Positions 40,998 to 50,146 of a stretch of DNA of 64,000 bases are shown piece after piece. Every line of letters begins with the position of its first letter. Position 1 is the stretch's first letter. Source of the stretch: a virus; the IMG/VR virus record IMGVR_UViG_3300030380_005342, positions 10,026-74,025 of that record; one strand, written 5' to 3'. The notes below the pieces were generated by a model, which did not search any database, was not told the origin of the DNA, and saw only the letters and a program-made list of their open reading frames with translations. Made by a program: the position numbers and the translations under genes.

Positions 40998-42227
40998 ATG
41001 GCAGAATATCAGGGTAAACAAGTCAAACTGGATGATCCTTTTCGTCTTCCAAAAGGATCTAAAAAGAAGTTTGGCGTATATGTAAAAAATGACAAGGGCA
41101 ATGTGATCATGGTCAAGTACGGTGATCCTAATTTGTCCATTAAAAGGGATGACCCTGAACGCCTGAAAAACTTTCGTGCAAGACACAACTGTGACCAAAA
41201 GAAGGATAAAACCACTCCGGGTTACTGGTCTTGCAAATTCTGGGAAAAGGGAAAGCCAGTGTCGAAACTATTGAAGCAAGGTAAAGTCTCTGAAACGTAC
41301 ATCGAATCAGAAGCGATGTATATGAACTTGACTTCACAACAAAAAGGAAGAAAACAAGCCAAAGTTTCTAGCGAGGGTGTTTTTGGTTACAAGACTGCCG
41401 TAGAAGAGGCTAAAAGAATCAAGAAACTATATCCAAAATCTAATGTCTCAATTATGCAGCACGCCAGAAAAGGTAATTTTAAGTTTGCTACAGACAGTAT
41501 CGGTATCCGCAGACTTGAAAAACAAGGATACGAAGTTGTTGAGGTTATTCGTGAGGGGATTGTTTCAGAGGCGGAATGGTCACAAAAGTATAAAGATTCT
41601 ATTGACTGTGACAACCCAAAGGGATTTTCACAAAAGGCTCACTGCGAAGGCAAGAAAAAGAAAGCCGAAGAAGAGCAAGAGTGCAACTGTGGGTGTGATG
41701 ATTGCATGAACGAAGATGTGAACGAAGTATACAAAGACTCTGGGCTTGGCGACTGGTTCGGCAAAGGCGGAGGCGGAGGAAAAGAAAGTGGTGGATGGGA
41801 TAGGTTCAACTCAGCCGGTGAGCGTATCGGTAAGTGTGGTGACGCAAAAAAAGGTGCAGCCTATTCAGCCTGTCTCTCAGCAGAGAAAGCCAAACAACTT
41901 GGCAAGAAAGGCATCGCAGACTTCGTTCAGAGAAAGCGTGCCGCACAAAAGAAAGCCGGAGACAAAGCCAAAGGTGGCGAATCTAAAAAAGGACAAAAAC
42001 CAGTAATGGTAAAAACAGGAGCAAAAGGTTTGGACAAGAAAAACGAATCGTTAATGTCATTTGGAAAGTTTTTACGAGAGGGCGAAAATAAACCAAACAA
42101 TCCTGCTCTCTGGAAGAAAGCCATCGCAAAAGCAAAAGCAAAGTTTGATGTTTATCCATCAGCCTATGCCAACGCTTGGGCATCAAAGTGGTACAAGGGT
42201 AAAGGCGGAACTTGGAGTAAGAAGTAA
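40998..42227 (+). CDS. Multi-module basic protein, probable capsid-internal (poly)protein
   Basis: Several short Lys-rich modules (KKFGVYV...FRARH.C...GYWSC..W; WS.KYK.SIDC.NPKGFSQKAHC; GL.DWF...GGW; N.ALW...AK.KF.VYPSAYA..W...Y...GG.W) separated by acidic xxE linkers. Confidence 0.65.
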   Translation: MAEYQGKQVKLDDPFRLPKGSKKKFGVYVKNDKGNVIMVKYGDPNLSIKRDDPERLKNFRARHNCDQKKDKTTPGYWSCKFWEKGKPVSKLLKQGKVSETYIESEAMYMNLTSQQKGRKQAKVSSEGVFGYKTAVEEAKRIKKLYPKSNVSIMQHARKGNFKFATDSIGIRRLEKQGYEVVEVIREGIVSEAEWSQKYKDSIDCDNPKGFSQKAHCEGKKKKAEEEQECNCGCDDCMNEDVNEVYKDSGLGDWFGKGGGGGKESGGWDRFNSAGERIGKCGDAKKGAAYSACLSAEKAKQLGKKGIADFVQRKRAAQKKAGDKAKGGESKKGQKPVMVKTGAKGLDKKNESLMSFGKFLREGENKPNNPALWKKAIAKAKAKFDVYPSAYANAWASKWYKGKGGTWSKK

Positions 42228-42235
42228 GGTTACCC

Positions 42236-43555
42236 ATGTTAAAGTTTAGAAAGTTTTACCTATCTGAAATGGCGACAAGGGAAATCAGTGTCTCTGAGTT
42301 TCCTAATCCCCTTCGTGGAAGAATCAAAAATATCTTTCAAAAGAAAGGTGAAATGGATGGGGCGGACGCTGACGATAAAGTAAAAACAAAGTTTAGAGGG
42401 TGGGGTGCAAACCAACTGAAACCCTCACAATCTGCAATCTATCTCGGCAAATCACTCGGCATGGCTGTGGGTGGTGTCAAGGGTGGCAACTTAGGATCTA
42501 TGGTTTCTGGTGACAATCATATTCTTGACGGACACCATCGTTGGGCTGCTACTCTGCTGGCTGAACCAAAGGCAAAGATTTTTGGAACCGAGGTTCAACT
42601 CGGTATTGGTGATCTAGTCCCTGTGCTTCGCTCCTTGGGTGATGCCTTTGGAAACAAACGTAGAGGTGAACCGGCTGGCGGTGATGTCAACATTTACAAG
42701 GCAACAATCAAAGATGCTTTGGATGCCATCTATCAAGGCAAAAATATGAATCCAAAGTTTTATGATAAAAACAAAGCAGTGGCTTGGTTAGAAAGTATTG
42801 GCGGGGAGCCAGAACTTGAGCGAAGACTGAAATTCATTCAATCTAAAAAACCACCAAGTGGCGCACCTCCTCGTAATCAAATGCCTGTCATTGATGCAGA
42901 CTCAGGAGAGGATAAATTAGCGGCAACTTTATTGCAACGTGGTAGCCTTGATGTTCGTCCCCCATACGCAAAAGTTGAAGAAGAAATTCAACTGGCAAAA
43001 AGAAAATTTATTAAAGTTCCTACAAACCTGCTTGGACGAAATAACGATATTACAAAAGAAATTTTTGGAATCATTGATAAAACATATAAAAATATTGGCG
43101 GATACCCAGACTTTAAAAAACCGACCGACCTTCCAGATAATCACACAGACTGGTATGCAGCAGACATGGACAAAGACCCGGACGCTGACATCACTACCTT
43201 TGGAAAGTTTAAGGCAGGTAATTTTAAGTTAACTGGTGCTGCGTCTGATGGTTCAGAACCATCCAAAGTGTTTCTTGTGAATAAACTTGGTAAGTTGATG
43301 AACACATCTGGCAACTATGCAGAAGCCAGTGACGCTCTCGCCCATGTTTTAATCACAAGAAAAAAAGTCCCTTTCGTTGGTGATGAAGAAAGTATTCAAA
43401 AACTTCTTCCGGGCAAATCATTTAGATTTGTTGGAGAACACCCAAACGGAAAATACCCCGGCTACAACGGTTGGTATGAACGTGATATTGCAGGGAAAAA
43501 ACACCTTAAGATTATTTTAGGTAATCCTAAAGGAGTTAAGGTACAAAGGGCTTGA
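42236..43555 (+). CDS. ParB/Srx-like domain protein with capsid-targeting-like N-terminus
   Basis: LKPSQ...D.HILDGHHRWAA is the ParB/Srx core; N-terminus MLKFRKFYLSE. Confidence 0.65.
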   Translation: MLKFRKFYLSEMATREISVSEFPNPLRGRIKNIFQKKGEMDGADADDKVKTKFRGWGANQLKPSQSAIYLGKSLGMAVGGVKGGNLGSMVSGDNHILDGHHRWAATLLAEPKAKIFGTEVQLGIGDLVPVLRSLGDAFGNKRRGEPAGGDVNIYKATIKDALDAIYQGKNMNPKFYDKNKAVAWLESIGGEPELERRLKFIQSKKPPSGAPPRNQMPVIDADSGEDKLAATLLQRGSLDVRPPYAKVEEEIQLAKRKFIKVPTNLLGRNNDITKEIFGIIDKTYKNIGGYPDFKKPTDLPDNHTDWYAADMDKDPDADITTFGKFKAGNFKLTGAASDGSEPSKVFLVNKLGKLMNTSGNYAEASDALAHVLITRKKVPFVGDEESIQKLLPGKSFRFVGEHPNGKYPGYNGWYERDIAGKKHLKIILGNPKGVKVQRA

Positions 43556-43579
43556 CAAGAGGAAATCGAATGGTAGAGT
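43552..43579 (+). promoter_or_regulatory. Sigma70-type promoter (denV-like gene), likely leaderless
   Basis: TTGACA (43552-43557) N16 with extended TG, TAGAGT (43574-43579) N6 ATG; no SD. Confidence 0.7.
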
Positions 43580-43585
43580 GTTCCT

Positions 43586-44119
43586 ATGAACATCTTTGCA
43601 GTAGACGAACATCCCATTCGTGCCGCTCATCAAATGGTGGACAAGCACGTTGTCAAAATGATTCTAGAAGCAGGTCAAATGCTGTCCACCTCTCATCGTG
43701 TTCTTGACGGTGATGAGTATTACGACCGAACAAAAAACAATAGACGTATCAAGCGTTGGCGACTGAGCGATGAGCGTGAAGATAAACTTTGGAAAGCATC
43801 CTTTGTCGGTCATCCCTGCACGCAGTGGACGATGGAAAGTCGTATGAACTATCGGTGGCACGCGACTCACGCTCTGGCTCTCTGCCGTGAGTATACACAC
43901 CGATACGAAAAGGTTCACAACTCACAAGGTTTGATTGAATATCTTTTTAATCGTGAACCTCAAAATATCAAAGAGGGTAAACTTACAAAGTTTGCCGTTG
44001 CAATGCCTGATCAGTATAAGGTAGAATGCTCTGTAGAATCTTACAGAAACTATTACAGAGGAGAAAAGGCTTACTTTGCAAAATGGAAAAAACGTGAAGT
44101 ACCCGAATGGTGGCAATGA
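43586..44119 (+). CDS. Pyrimidine dimer DNA glycosylase/endonuclease V-like family protein
   Basis: MNIF..D..P..AA....DKHVVKM.LE..Q.LST, HPC..W......NY.W, EY..RY.K.H, AMPD.YK, YR.YY...K..FA.W..R..P.W. Confidence 0.8.
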   Translation: MNIFAVDEHPIRAAHQMVDKHVVKMILEAGQMLSTSHRVLDGDEYYDRTKNNRRIKRWRLSDEREDKLWKASFVGHPCTQWTMESRMNYRWHATHALALCREYTHRYEKVHNSQGLIEYLFNREPQNIKEGKLTKFAVAMPDQYKVECSVESYRNYYRGEKAYFAKWKKREVPEWWQ

Positions 44120-45090
44120 GTAAAAAATTAAATGTATTGATTACAGGTGGAGCGGGCTACATTGGTAGTCACGTTTCACTCGCGTTCTTAGATGCCGGTC
44201 ATAGAGTTACAGTGTTTGATCGAAATGAAAAAAACTGTAAGAGCCTCAAAAAAAGTCTAGGCAGACGAAAGAACATCAGAATCTATAACTGTGATTTAGG
44301 TGACAGCGTTTACCTTGACGGTGTTCTTTCCGAAGGTATCGACACTGTGATTCATTGTGCTGGTCCCAATCAAGTAAGAGAATCCATAGACTCACCCCTT
44401 TCTGTGTATCACGATGTGGTTGGAAAGACACTGACATTGTTGGATGCGATGAGAAAGCATGGCGTGATGTCATTTGTTTATACCTCAAGTGCAGCAGTAT
44501 ATGGTCGTGTTAAAAATGGTGCGGCACTTGAAACAGCCCACTGTAAACCAATCACACCATACGGAGAATCAAAGTTGATGATCGAAACGATCATGAACAA
44601 ATACAGAAGATCTAATCCTAGTTTTTCTTTTGCATCACTTAGAGTTTTCAATGCCGCAGGGAATAATCTATCTGCTAAGGTAACTCCAAAACAAAATTCA
44701 ATCATTAGCAAATTAATTAACTCCGCTATGAGTAAAAAAGTTTGTAACATTTATGGGCATGAGCATCAAACATCAGACGGTTATGCTTGTAGAGATTTTG
44801 TTCACATTGATGATGTTGCAAAAGCACATGTTCTTGCCGCTGAAAAAAATGCCTGTGGTATTTTTAATGTAGGTAATGGTGTCGAAACAAGTCTGTGGGA
44901 TTTGATTGCAGATGTTGTTTCAGTTACACAGAAAGAAATTGACATCTCTAAGAATAAACCACATAATGGTGACGTTGCCTCAATTGTATCTGATTGTAGT
45001 AAAATCAAAGAGATAATGAGTTGGGAACCAACATTTACACTTAGAGAGATGATTGAAACATCTCTCAAATCTTATAAAAAAGGAGAATAA
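44116..45090 (+). CDS. galE: UDP-glucose 4-epimerase-like extended SDR
   Basis: GGAGYIGSH, SSAAVYG, YGESK (YxxxK), LR.FNAAG, DG...RDFVH..D.A.AH; ATGA overlap start. Confidence 0.8.
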   Translation: MSKKLNVLITGGAGYIGSHVSLAFLDAGHRVTVFDRNEKNCKSLKKSLGRRKNIRIYNCDLGDSVYLDGVLSEGIDTVIHCAGPNQVRESIDSPLSVYHDVVGKTLTLLDAMRKHGVMSFVYTSSAAVYGRVKNGAALETAHCKPITPYGESKLMIETIMNKYRRSNPSFSFASLRVFNAAGNNLSAKVTPKQNSIISKLINSAMSKKVCNIYGHEHQTSDGYACRDFVHIDDVAKAHVLAAEKNACGIFNVGNGVETSLWDLIADVVSVTQKEIDISKNKPHNGDVASIVSDCSKIKEIMSWEPTFTLREMIETSLKSYKKGE

Positions 45091-45092
45091 AA

Positions 45093-45713
45093 ATGCCAAC
45101 AACAACATCCAATCTTTACGGGGATATTCCTGATCCAAATGAAAAACCAAATACCCCCGACAAAATCGAGGACGAAAAGTTCATTATGAATCCAGAAGAC
45201 AAAGATCCCACGGCAGCAACGGGTCTTCCAAGCGTAGATGAAGCGTACGAAATGCGAAGACGAATCCTGAACCAAAGGAATTCACCAACACCTGCCCAAG
45301 AAGTTATTGAGGAGAGTGTAAGCAGAGATGAATTGAATAGTCTTGTTAATAATCTTTCCACCGCTGTTCAAAAACAATTTCTCAGGGTCATGATGGGACA
45401 AAAAATTGAAACAGAATCTATTAGTCAAATTATGAAAGAATCAAATGCTTCGAATGAAGATTTACTAAACTTATTGGTTGCCTTTGAAAAACCACTTGAA
45501 CAATTAGTTACGGTTATCAACAACCCCGAGTCAGAGATTGCTAAGAAGTATTCTTTTATGAAAAAAGAGCAGATCGTTGAGATGGAATCCGTATTGAAAT
45601 CTCTTGCAAATGATATCAAAGAGAAGTATGATGATGACACGGTGAAAGAAATCGAAGATAAAATTACTGGATGGTTTACAAAAAGTGATGAAGGAGAAAC
45701 CACGGAATCTTAA
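45093..45713 (+). CDS. Hypothetical acidic protein
   Basis: 206 aa ORF with AAGGAG RBS; no recognised motif. Confidence 0.6.
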   Translation: MPTTTSNLYGDIPDPNEKPNTPDKIEDEKFIMNPEDKDPTAATGLPSVDEAYEMRRRILNQRNSPTPAQEVIEESVSRDELNSLVNNLSTAVQKQFLRVMMGQKIETESISQIMKESNASNEDLLNLLVAFEKPLEQLVTVINNPESEIAKKYSFMKKEQIVEMESVLKSLANDIKEKYDDDTVKEIEDKITGWFTKSDEGETTES

Positions 45714-45714
45714 A

Positions 45715-45897
45715 ATGAAAAAGAAAAAGCACAATAAAAGAAACAATGATCGCAAGAACTTTGGCGGTCGTGATCGTGGCGAAAAGTTTAGCAATAAACG
45801 ATCCATGCGAAACAATGATCAACAAATTATTCGAAACATGGAGAGAGGAAAAATTAACGTGGAAGATTTAGAGGACTACTACGATGACCACAGTTAA
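45715..45897 (+). CDS. Small hypothetical protein, basic N-terminus and acidic C-terminus
   Basis: MKKKKHNKR...EDLEDYYDDHS fills the gap before gp45. Confidence 0.45.
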   Translation: MKKKKHNKRNNDRKNFGGRDRGEKFSNKRSMRNNDQQIIRNMERGKINVEDLEDYYDDHS

Positions 45898-45910
45898 AGG
45901 AACTAATACA

Positions 45911-46600
45911 ATGAAACTGTCGAAACAAACCTTTGCCATTCTAAAAAGTATGGCAGGCATCAACTCAAATATTCATGTGCTTCCGGGCAATGAACTTGTC
46001 TGTGTCAACGCAGGCAAGAGCATTATGTTCAATGCAAAAGTTGAAGAAAACTTTGCAACTGAGTTTGCCATCTGGGATTTGAGTCAGTTTCTCGGAACCT
46101 ACTCATTGTTCAACGACCCAACGGTGGACTTTGGCAGCACATCACTTCGCATCGAGTCCGGTCGCCAGTCTTGTGAATACAATTATGCAGACCCACGACT
46201 TGTCGAGGGATGCCGACCACCGAGCAAGTTAAATCTTCCAGAGATTAAAGTGACCTTTGACTTGTCGCAGCAAGAGATCAACGACATTTTGCGTGCGTCT
46301 GCCGTGATGCAACTTGCCGATATCATGTTCACGAACGAAGAGAACAAGGTGAAGGTGGTTGTGTTCGATAAGGAAAAAGCAAACTCAACCAACAAGTATG
46401 AGATTGAAGTCACTCCGACCGATATGGAATCAAGTGCATCTTTCAAGATTTACATGAAGTCAGATTTGTTAAAGGTGCTTCCGGGTGACTATGAATTCAA
46501 TCTGTGTGAGAAGTTGGCGATCTTGTTGAAGCACAAGGACATTGATGCTAACTATACTCTTGCTGTGACCAATGACTCTGTTTACAATGGGATGTTTTGA
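45911..46600 (+). CDS. gp45: Sliding clamp gp45
   Basis: MKLSK.T..ILK....INS, A.V.E.F..EFAI.DL.QFL, Y.YADP, LK.LPGDY. Confidence 0.93.
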   Translation: MKLSKQTFAILKSMAGINSNIHVLPGNELVCVNAGKSIMFNAKVEENFATEFAIWDLSQFLGTYSLFNDPTVDFGSTSLRIESGRQSCEYNYADPRLVEGCRPPSKLNLPEIKVTFDLSQQEINDILRASAVMQLADIMFTNEENKVKVVVFDKEKANSTNKYEIEVTPTDMESSASFKIYMKSDLLKVLPGDYEFNLCEKLAILLKHKDIDANYTLAVTNDSVYNGMF

Positions 46601-47544
46601 TGCTAACAACTGAACAACACTTATGGGTCGAGAAGTTTCGACCACAATCAATCAAGGATTGTATCCTCCCCGGTGGCTTGAAAGAAACACTTCAAGCCAT
46701 TGTGGATTCTGGTGAGATGCACAATCTTTTGTTTTCTGGTGGACCGGGGTGTGGCAAGACCACGGCTGCGATTGCCATGTGCAAAGAGATGGGTGCAGAG
46801 TATATCAAAATTAACTGCTCCGAAGATGGCAACATTGACACGCTGCGAACACGAATTCGTGACTTTGCTACATCTCAGTCTTTGACTGGTGATAAGAAAG
46901 TCGTGATCCTTGATGAGTTTGACTATGCAAATGCAAATAGTTTTCAACCTGCGTTGCGTGGTTTCATCGAAGAGTTCTCGATCAACTGTCGCTTCGTCTT
47001 GACCTGTAACTTCAAGAATCGAATCATCGAGCCGCTGCATTCCCGATGCACATGTGTTGACTTCCGCTTCACGAAGGAGGAGCAGATGAAGATGGGGTCG
47101 CAGTTCTTGAAGCGACTGGAAGGCATCCTGCAAGGCGAGAGCGTCCACTATGACGGTCGTGTGATCGCCAAGTTGATCATGCGTCATGCTCCTGACTGGA
47201 GGCGTATCCTGAACGAGTGTCAACGTTACTCTGCCTCCGGTGAGATCGATGTCGGCATCTTGACGGAGATCGGTGATGTTGGTATTCACTCGCTCATGGA
47301 TATCTTGAAGAACAAAGACTTCTCCAAGTTGCGTGGTTGGGTGGTTGACAACGGCAGCAACGAGCAAGCACAAATCTATCGCAAGATTTATGATTCGTTG
47401 GGTGAGAATCTGAAACCACAATCCGTGCCAGCGGTGATTCTGATTCTGGCAAATTATCAATACAAGGCTGCGTTTGCCGCTGATTCGGAGATCAACATGA
47501 TGGCGTGCCTTACTGAAATCATGATGGAGGCAGAGTTCAAGTGA
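46600..47544 (+). CDS. gp44: Clamp loader large subunit gp44
   Basis: LWVEK.RP..I.DCILP, G.PG.GKTT, LDEFD, Q.ALR.FIEEFS..CRF..TCN, PLHSRC. Confidence 0.96.
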   Translation: MLTTEQHLWVEKFRPQSIKDCILPGGLKETLQAIVDSGEMHNLLFSGGPGCGKTTAAIAMCKEMGAEYIKINCSEDGNIDTLRTRIRDFATSQSLTGDKKVVILDEFDYANANSFQPALRGFIEEFSINCRFVLTCNFKNRIIEPLHSRCTCVDFRFTKEEQMKMGSQFLKRLEGILQGESVHYDGRVIAKLIMRHAPDWRRILNECQRYSASGEIDVGILTEIGDVGIHSLMDILKNKDFSKLRGWVVDNGSNEQAQIYRKIYDSLGENLKPQSVPAVILILANYQYKAAFAADSEINMMACLTEIMMEAEFK

Positions 47545-48398
47545 GTGACATTGGAATTATTGGAAATGGTTTTGTTGGTGGAGCAGTGGCATATGGTTTC
47601 CGTGATCAAAAACCTCTAGTCTACGATATTAATCCAGACGCATCCACTCACAGTTTTGATGATGTTGCAAACTGCAAGTACCTTTTCATCTGCTTGCCCA
47701 CACCGATGGTAAGTGAAACTGGAGGCGAGGCAAACACCAGCATCGTTGAGGAATGCTTGGAGAAACTATATCAAAACAGAGAGCAAGTAATCATGCTCAA
47801 GTCTACCGTTCCGGTTGGCACGACTAAACTGTTGTCTCAGAAGCATCGCCTAAGAAACTTGGTTCATTGTCCTGAGTTCTTGACCGCTGCAAACGCAAAG
47901 TATGACTTTGTAAATGCTGATAGGACTGTGATCGGATCTCCATATCTCAGAGATGGTATTGAAGAAAAATATTCCGAAATGGCAAAGGAACTATTCTTAA
48001 AAGTTTTTCCCGACATCCCCGTTTACACCATGTCATCATGTGAGTCAGAGATGGTAAAGTATACGGCTAACTGTTTCCTTGCAACCAAGGTTGGTTTCTT
48101 CAATATGATTTTTATGCTTGGCGAAAAGATGGGCTTGGACTACAATCGTGTCCTTGAAGGAGTCTTGGCTGATCCTAGAATTGGCAGATCACACACGGCA
48201 GTACCCGGTCCCGATGGAGACTATGGATTCGGTGGCACATGTTTTCCCAAAGATGTAAATGCGATGATTACAACTTTGCAAAATAATCACATCTCGTCTT
48301 ACATTTTAGAGTCTGTTTGGAGAGACAATATGAAATACAGAAAAAACTGGGACTGGGCAAATAACACATCAGCAGTGAGAGCAAATGAAACTCGGTGA
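47541..48398 (+). CDS. UDP-glucose/GDP-mannose dehydrogenase family protein (short form)
   Basis: GNGFVG Rossmann, CLPTP, KSTVPVGTT, PEFL, E.VKY..N.FLA.K, catalytic GFGG.CFPKD. Confidence 0.88.
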   Translation: MSDIGIIGNGFVGGAVAYGFRDQKPLVYDINPDASTHSFDDVANCKYLFICLPTPMVSETGGEANTSIVEECLEKLYQNREQVIMLKSTVPVGTTKLLSQKHRLRNLVHCPEFLTAANAKYDFVNADRTVIGSPYLRDGIEEKYSEMAKELFLKVFPDIPVYTMSSCESEMVKYTANCFLATKVGFFNMIFMLGEKMGLDYNRVLEGVLADPRIGRSHTAVPGPDGDYGFGGTCFPKDVNAMITTLQNNHISSYILESVWRDNMKYRKNWDWANNTSAVRANETR

Positions 48399-48762
48399 TT
48401 ACCTAAACGCAATCAACTACTCCAAGGATGATCTCTTTGCGGACGAGGAAGCCGCGAAAGGGTATGTTCCATTTATTGTGAACCGGAGCCTATCTTACTT
48501 TCCTGACACGATCCTACAAGCAAATGACATGAATATTCATGCAGATTTAGGTAAGCAAGAACAGTTTGATTATCTACGCCACTCGATCAGAAAGCGTAGA
48601 CGGTTCAGCAAATGGCTTAAAAAGACAGAGGACAAACGAATCGAGTCCGTAAAAATTTTCTACAATCTGGGTACAAAAAAAGCCCTTGAGTCCATGAGAG
48701 TTTTGTCGGACAGACAGATTGACGAAATCCACGATTATGTTCTAAAAATGCAAGGCTCCTAA
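48385..48762 (+). CDS. gp62: Clamp loader small subunit gp62
   Basis: L.DYLN.IN.SK, Y.PFIVNR.LSYF.DT...AN.MN, Q.DY....IRKR.RFSKW.K. Confidence 0.93.
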   Translation: MKLGDYLNAINYSKDDLFADEEAAKGYVPFIVNRSLSYFPDTILQANDMNIHADLGKQEQFDYLRHSIRKRRRFSKWLKKTEDKRIESVKIFYNLGTKKALESMRVLSDRQIDEIHDYVLKMQGS

Positions 48763-48788
48763 ATACAATTGTGGGTTGACCACATTGT
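48758..48788 (+). promoter_or_regulatory. Late promoter CCTAAATA followed by hairpin upstream of regA
   Basis: CCTAAATA 48758-48765; stem ACAATTGTGG / CCACATTGT with GTTGA loop, 48765-48788. Confidence 0.5.
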
Positions 48789-48797
48789 TATGGAGTT

Positions 48798-49223
48798 ATG
48801 ATGGAAAAATTAGAATCTATTGTAGAGTCTCTGGTAGAAGTCACGCTCAAAGATCCAGAAGACTTTTTGAAAGTAAGAGAAACGTTGACCCGTATTGGTG
48901 TCTCTTCTCGCGTGGGTAACAAGTTATATCAATCTTGTCATATTCTTCACAAGCGTGGAAAGTATTACATTACGCACTTCAAAGAACTTTTTGCACTTGA
49001 TGGGCTTCCATCTAAAATGACAGAGGAAGATTTCGGCAGAAGAAATACCATTGTTGGTCTATTGACTGAATGGGGACTCATTGATATTGTGGATGGAAAT
49101 AAATGCCAAGAACCTTTAACATCCATGAGAAAAATTAAAATTATTTCTCACAAAAACAGACACGAGTGGGAGTTGATACCTAAGTATCACATTGGGAAAA
49201 AACCATCTAAAGACGAAGAATAA
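48798..49223 (+). CDS. regA: Translational repressor RegA
   Basis: EV.L..P.DFLKVRETLTRIGV.S....KLYQSCHILHK.GKYYI.HFKELFALDG, W.L..KY.IG. Confidence 0.97.
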   Translation: MMEKLESIVESLVEVTLKDPEDFLKVRETLTRIGVSSRVGNKLYQSCHILHKRGKYYITHFKELFALDGLPSKMTEEDFGRRNTIVGLLTEWGLIDIVDGNKCQEPLTSMRKIKIISHKNRHEWELIPKYHIGKKPSKDEE

Positions 49224-49240
49224 AATAAAAGGATTATATT

Positions 49241-50146
49241 ATGAAATACCTAGTGACTGGCGGGGCTGGATTTATTGGATCTAATATTGTTTCTACTTTG
49301 CTTGAGGGTGGACATCAGGTCATAGTGATTGATAACGAATCATCTGATGCACATCACACCTTTTACTGGCAAGACCTAGCAGAAAATCATAAGTTAGATA
49401 TTTGTGATTACGAAAAGATTCTACCTCTTTTTGATGGTGTAGATACAGTGTTTCATTGTGCAGCGGAGGCAAGGATTCAACCTGCCATAATTAACCCACT
49501 ACTCGCAGTCAAAACAAATTCGTATGGCACATGCTCAGTGTTACAAGCAGCCAGAGAAATGGGCGTTCGTAGAGTTGTTTACTCATCAACCTCTTCGGCT
49601 TATGGTTTAGAAAACGTTCCACCAAATGTTGAAACCCAACGAGAGGACTGCCTAAATCCATACTCGGTATCAAAAGTTTCTGGCGAAAAACTTTGCAAAA
49701 TGTATTACGATTTGTTTGGTTTAGAAACCATCGTGTTTAGATACTTCAATGTTTATGGTGAGCGTCAGCCTCTCAAGGGTCAGTATGCTCCTGTCGTTGG
49801 ATTATTTTTAGAGCAGTGGAAGAAAGGCGAACCCCTTACCATTGTCCCTGACGGAGAACAACGAAGAGACTACACTCATGTTTCAGATGTCGTGTTTGCA
49901 AACATACTTGCATCAACGGTTCGTAAAAATGCTTGTGGTGAAGTTTACAATGTGGGAACCGGAACAAATTTTTCTGTAAATGAACTTGCAAAAATGATTT
50001 CTGATAATACAATCATGATTGAACCACGACTAGGAGAGGCAAGAGTGACTTTGGCAAACAATAATAAGTTGCGTAGAGTGATGCGATGGGAGCCAACAGT
50101 CAAACTCGAAGAGTGGGTAAAAAATGAAAAGGAGAGAATCAAATGA
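49241..50146 (+). CDS. NAD-dependent nucleotide-sugar epimerase/dehydratase
   Basis: TGGAGFIGS, YSS.SS.YG, YSVSK (YxxxK), RYFNVYG, DG.Q.RD..HV.DV..AN. Confidence 0.92.
   Translation: MKYLVTGGAGFIGSNIVSTLLEGGHQVIVIDNESSDAHHTFYWQDLAENHKLDICDYEKILPLFDGVDTVFHCAAEARIQPAIINPLLAVKTNSYGTCSVLQAAREMGVRRVVYSSTSSAYGLENVPPNVETQREDCLNPYSVSKVSGEKLCKMYYDLFGLETIVFRYFNVYGERQPLKGQYAPVVGLFLEQWKKGEPLTIVPDGEQRRDYTHVSDVVFANILASTVRKNACGEVYNVGTGTNFSVNELAKMISDNTIMIEPRLGEARVTLANNNKLRRVMRWEPTVKLEEWVKNEKERIK

Noticed and set aside
46648-47460. 270-aa antisense ORF within gp44
   Set aside because: Explained by the locally high GC3 of gp44.
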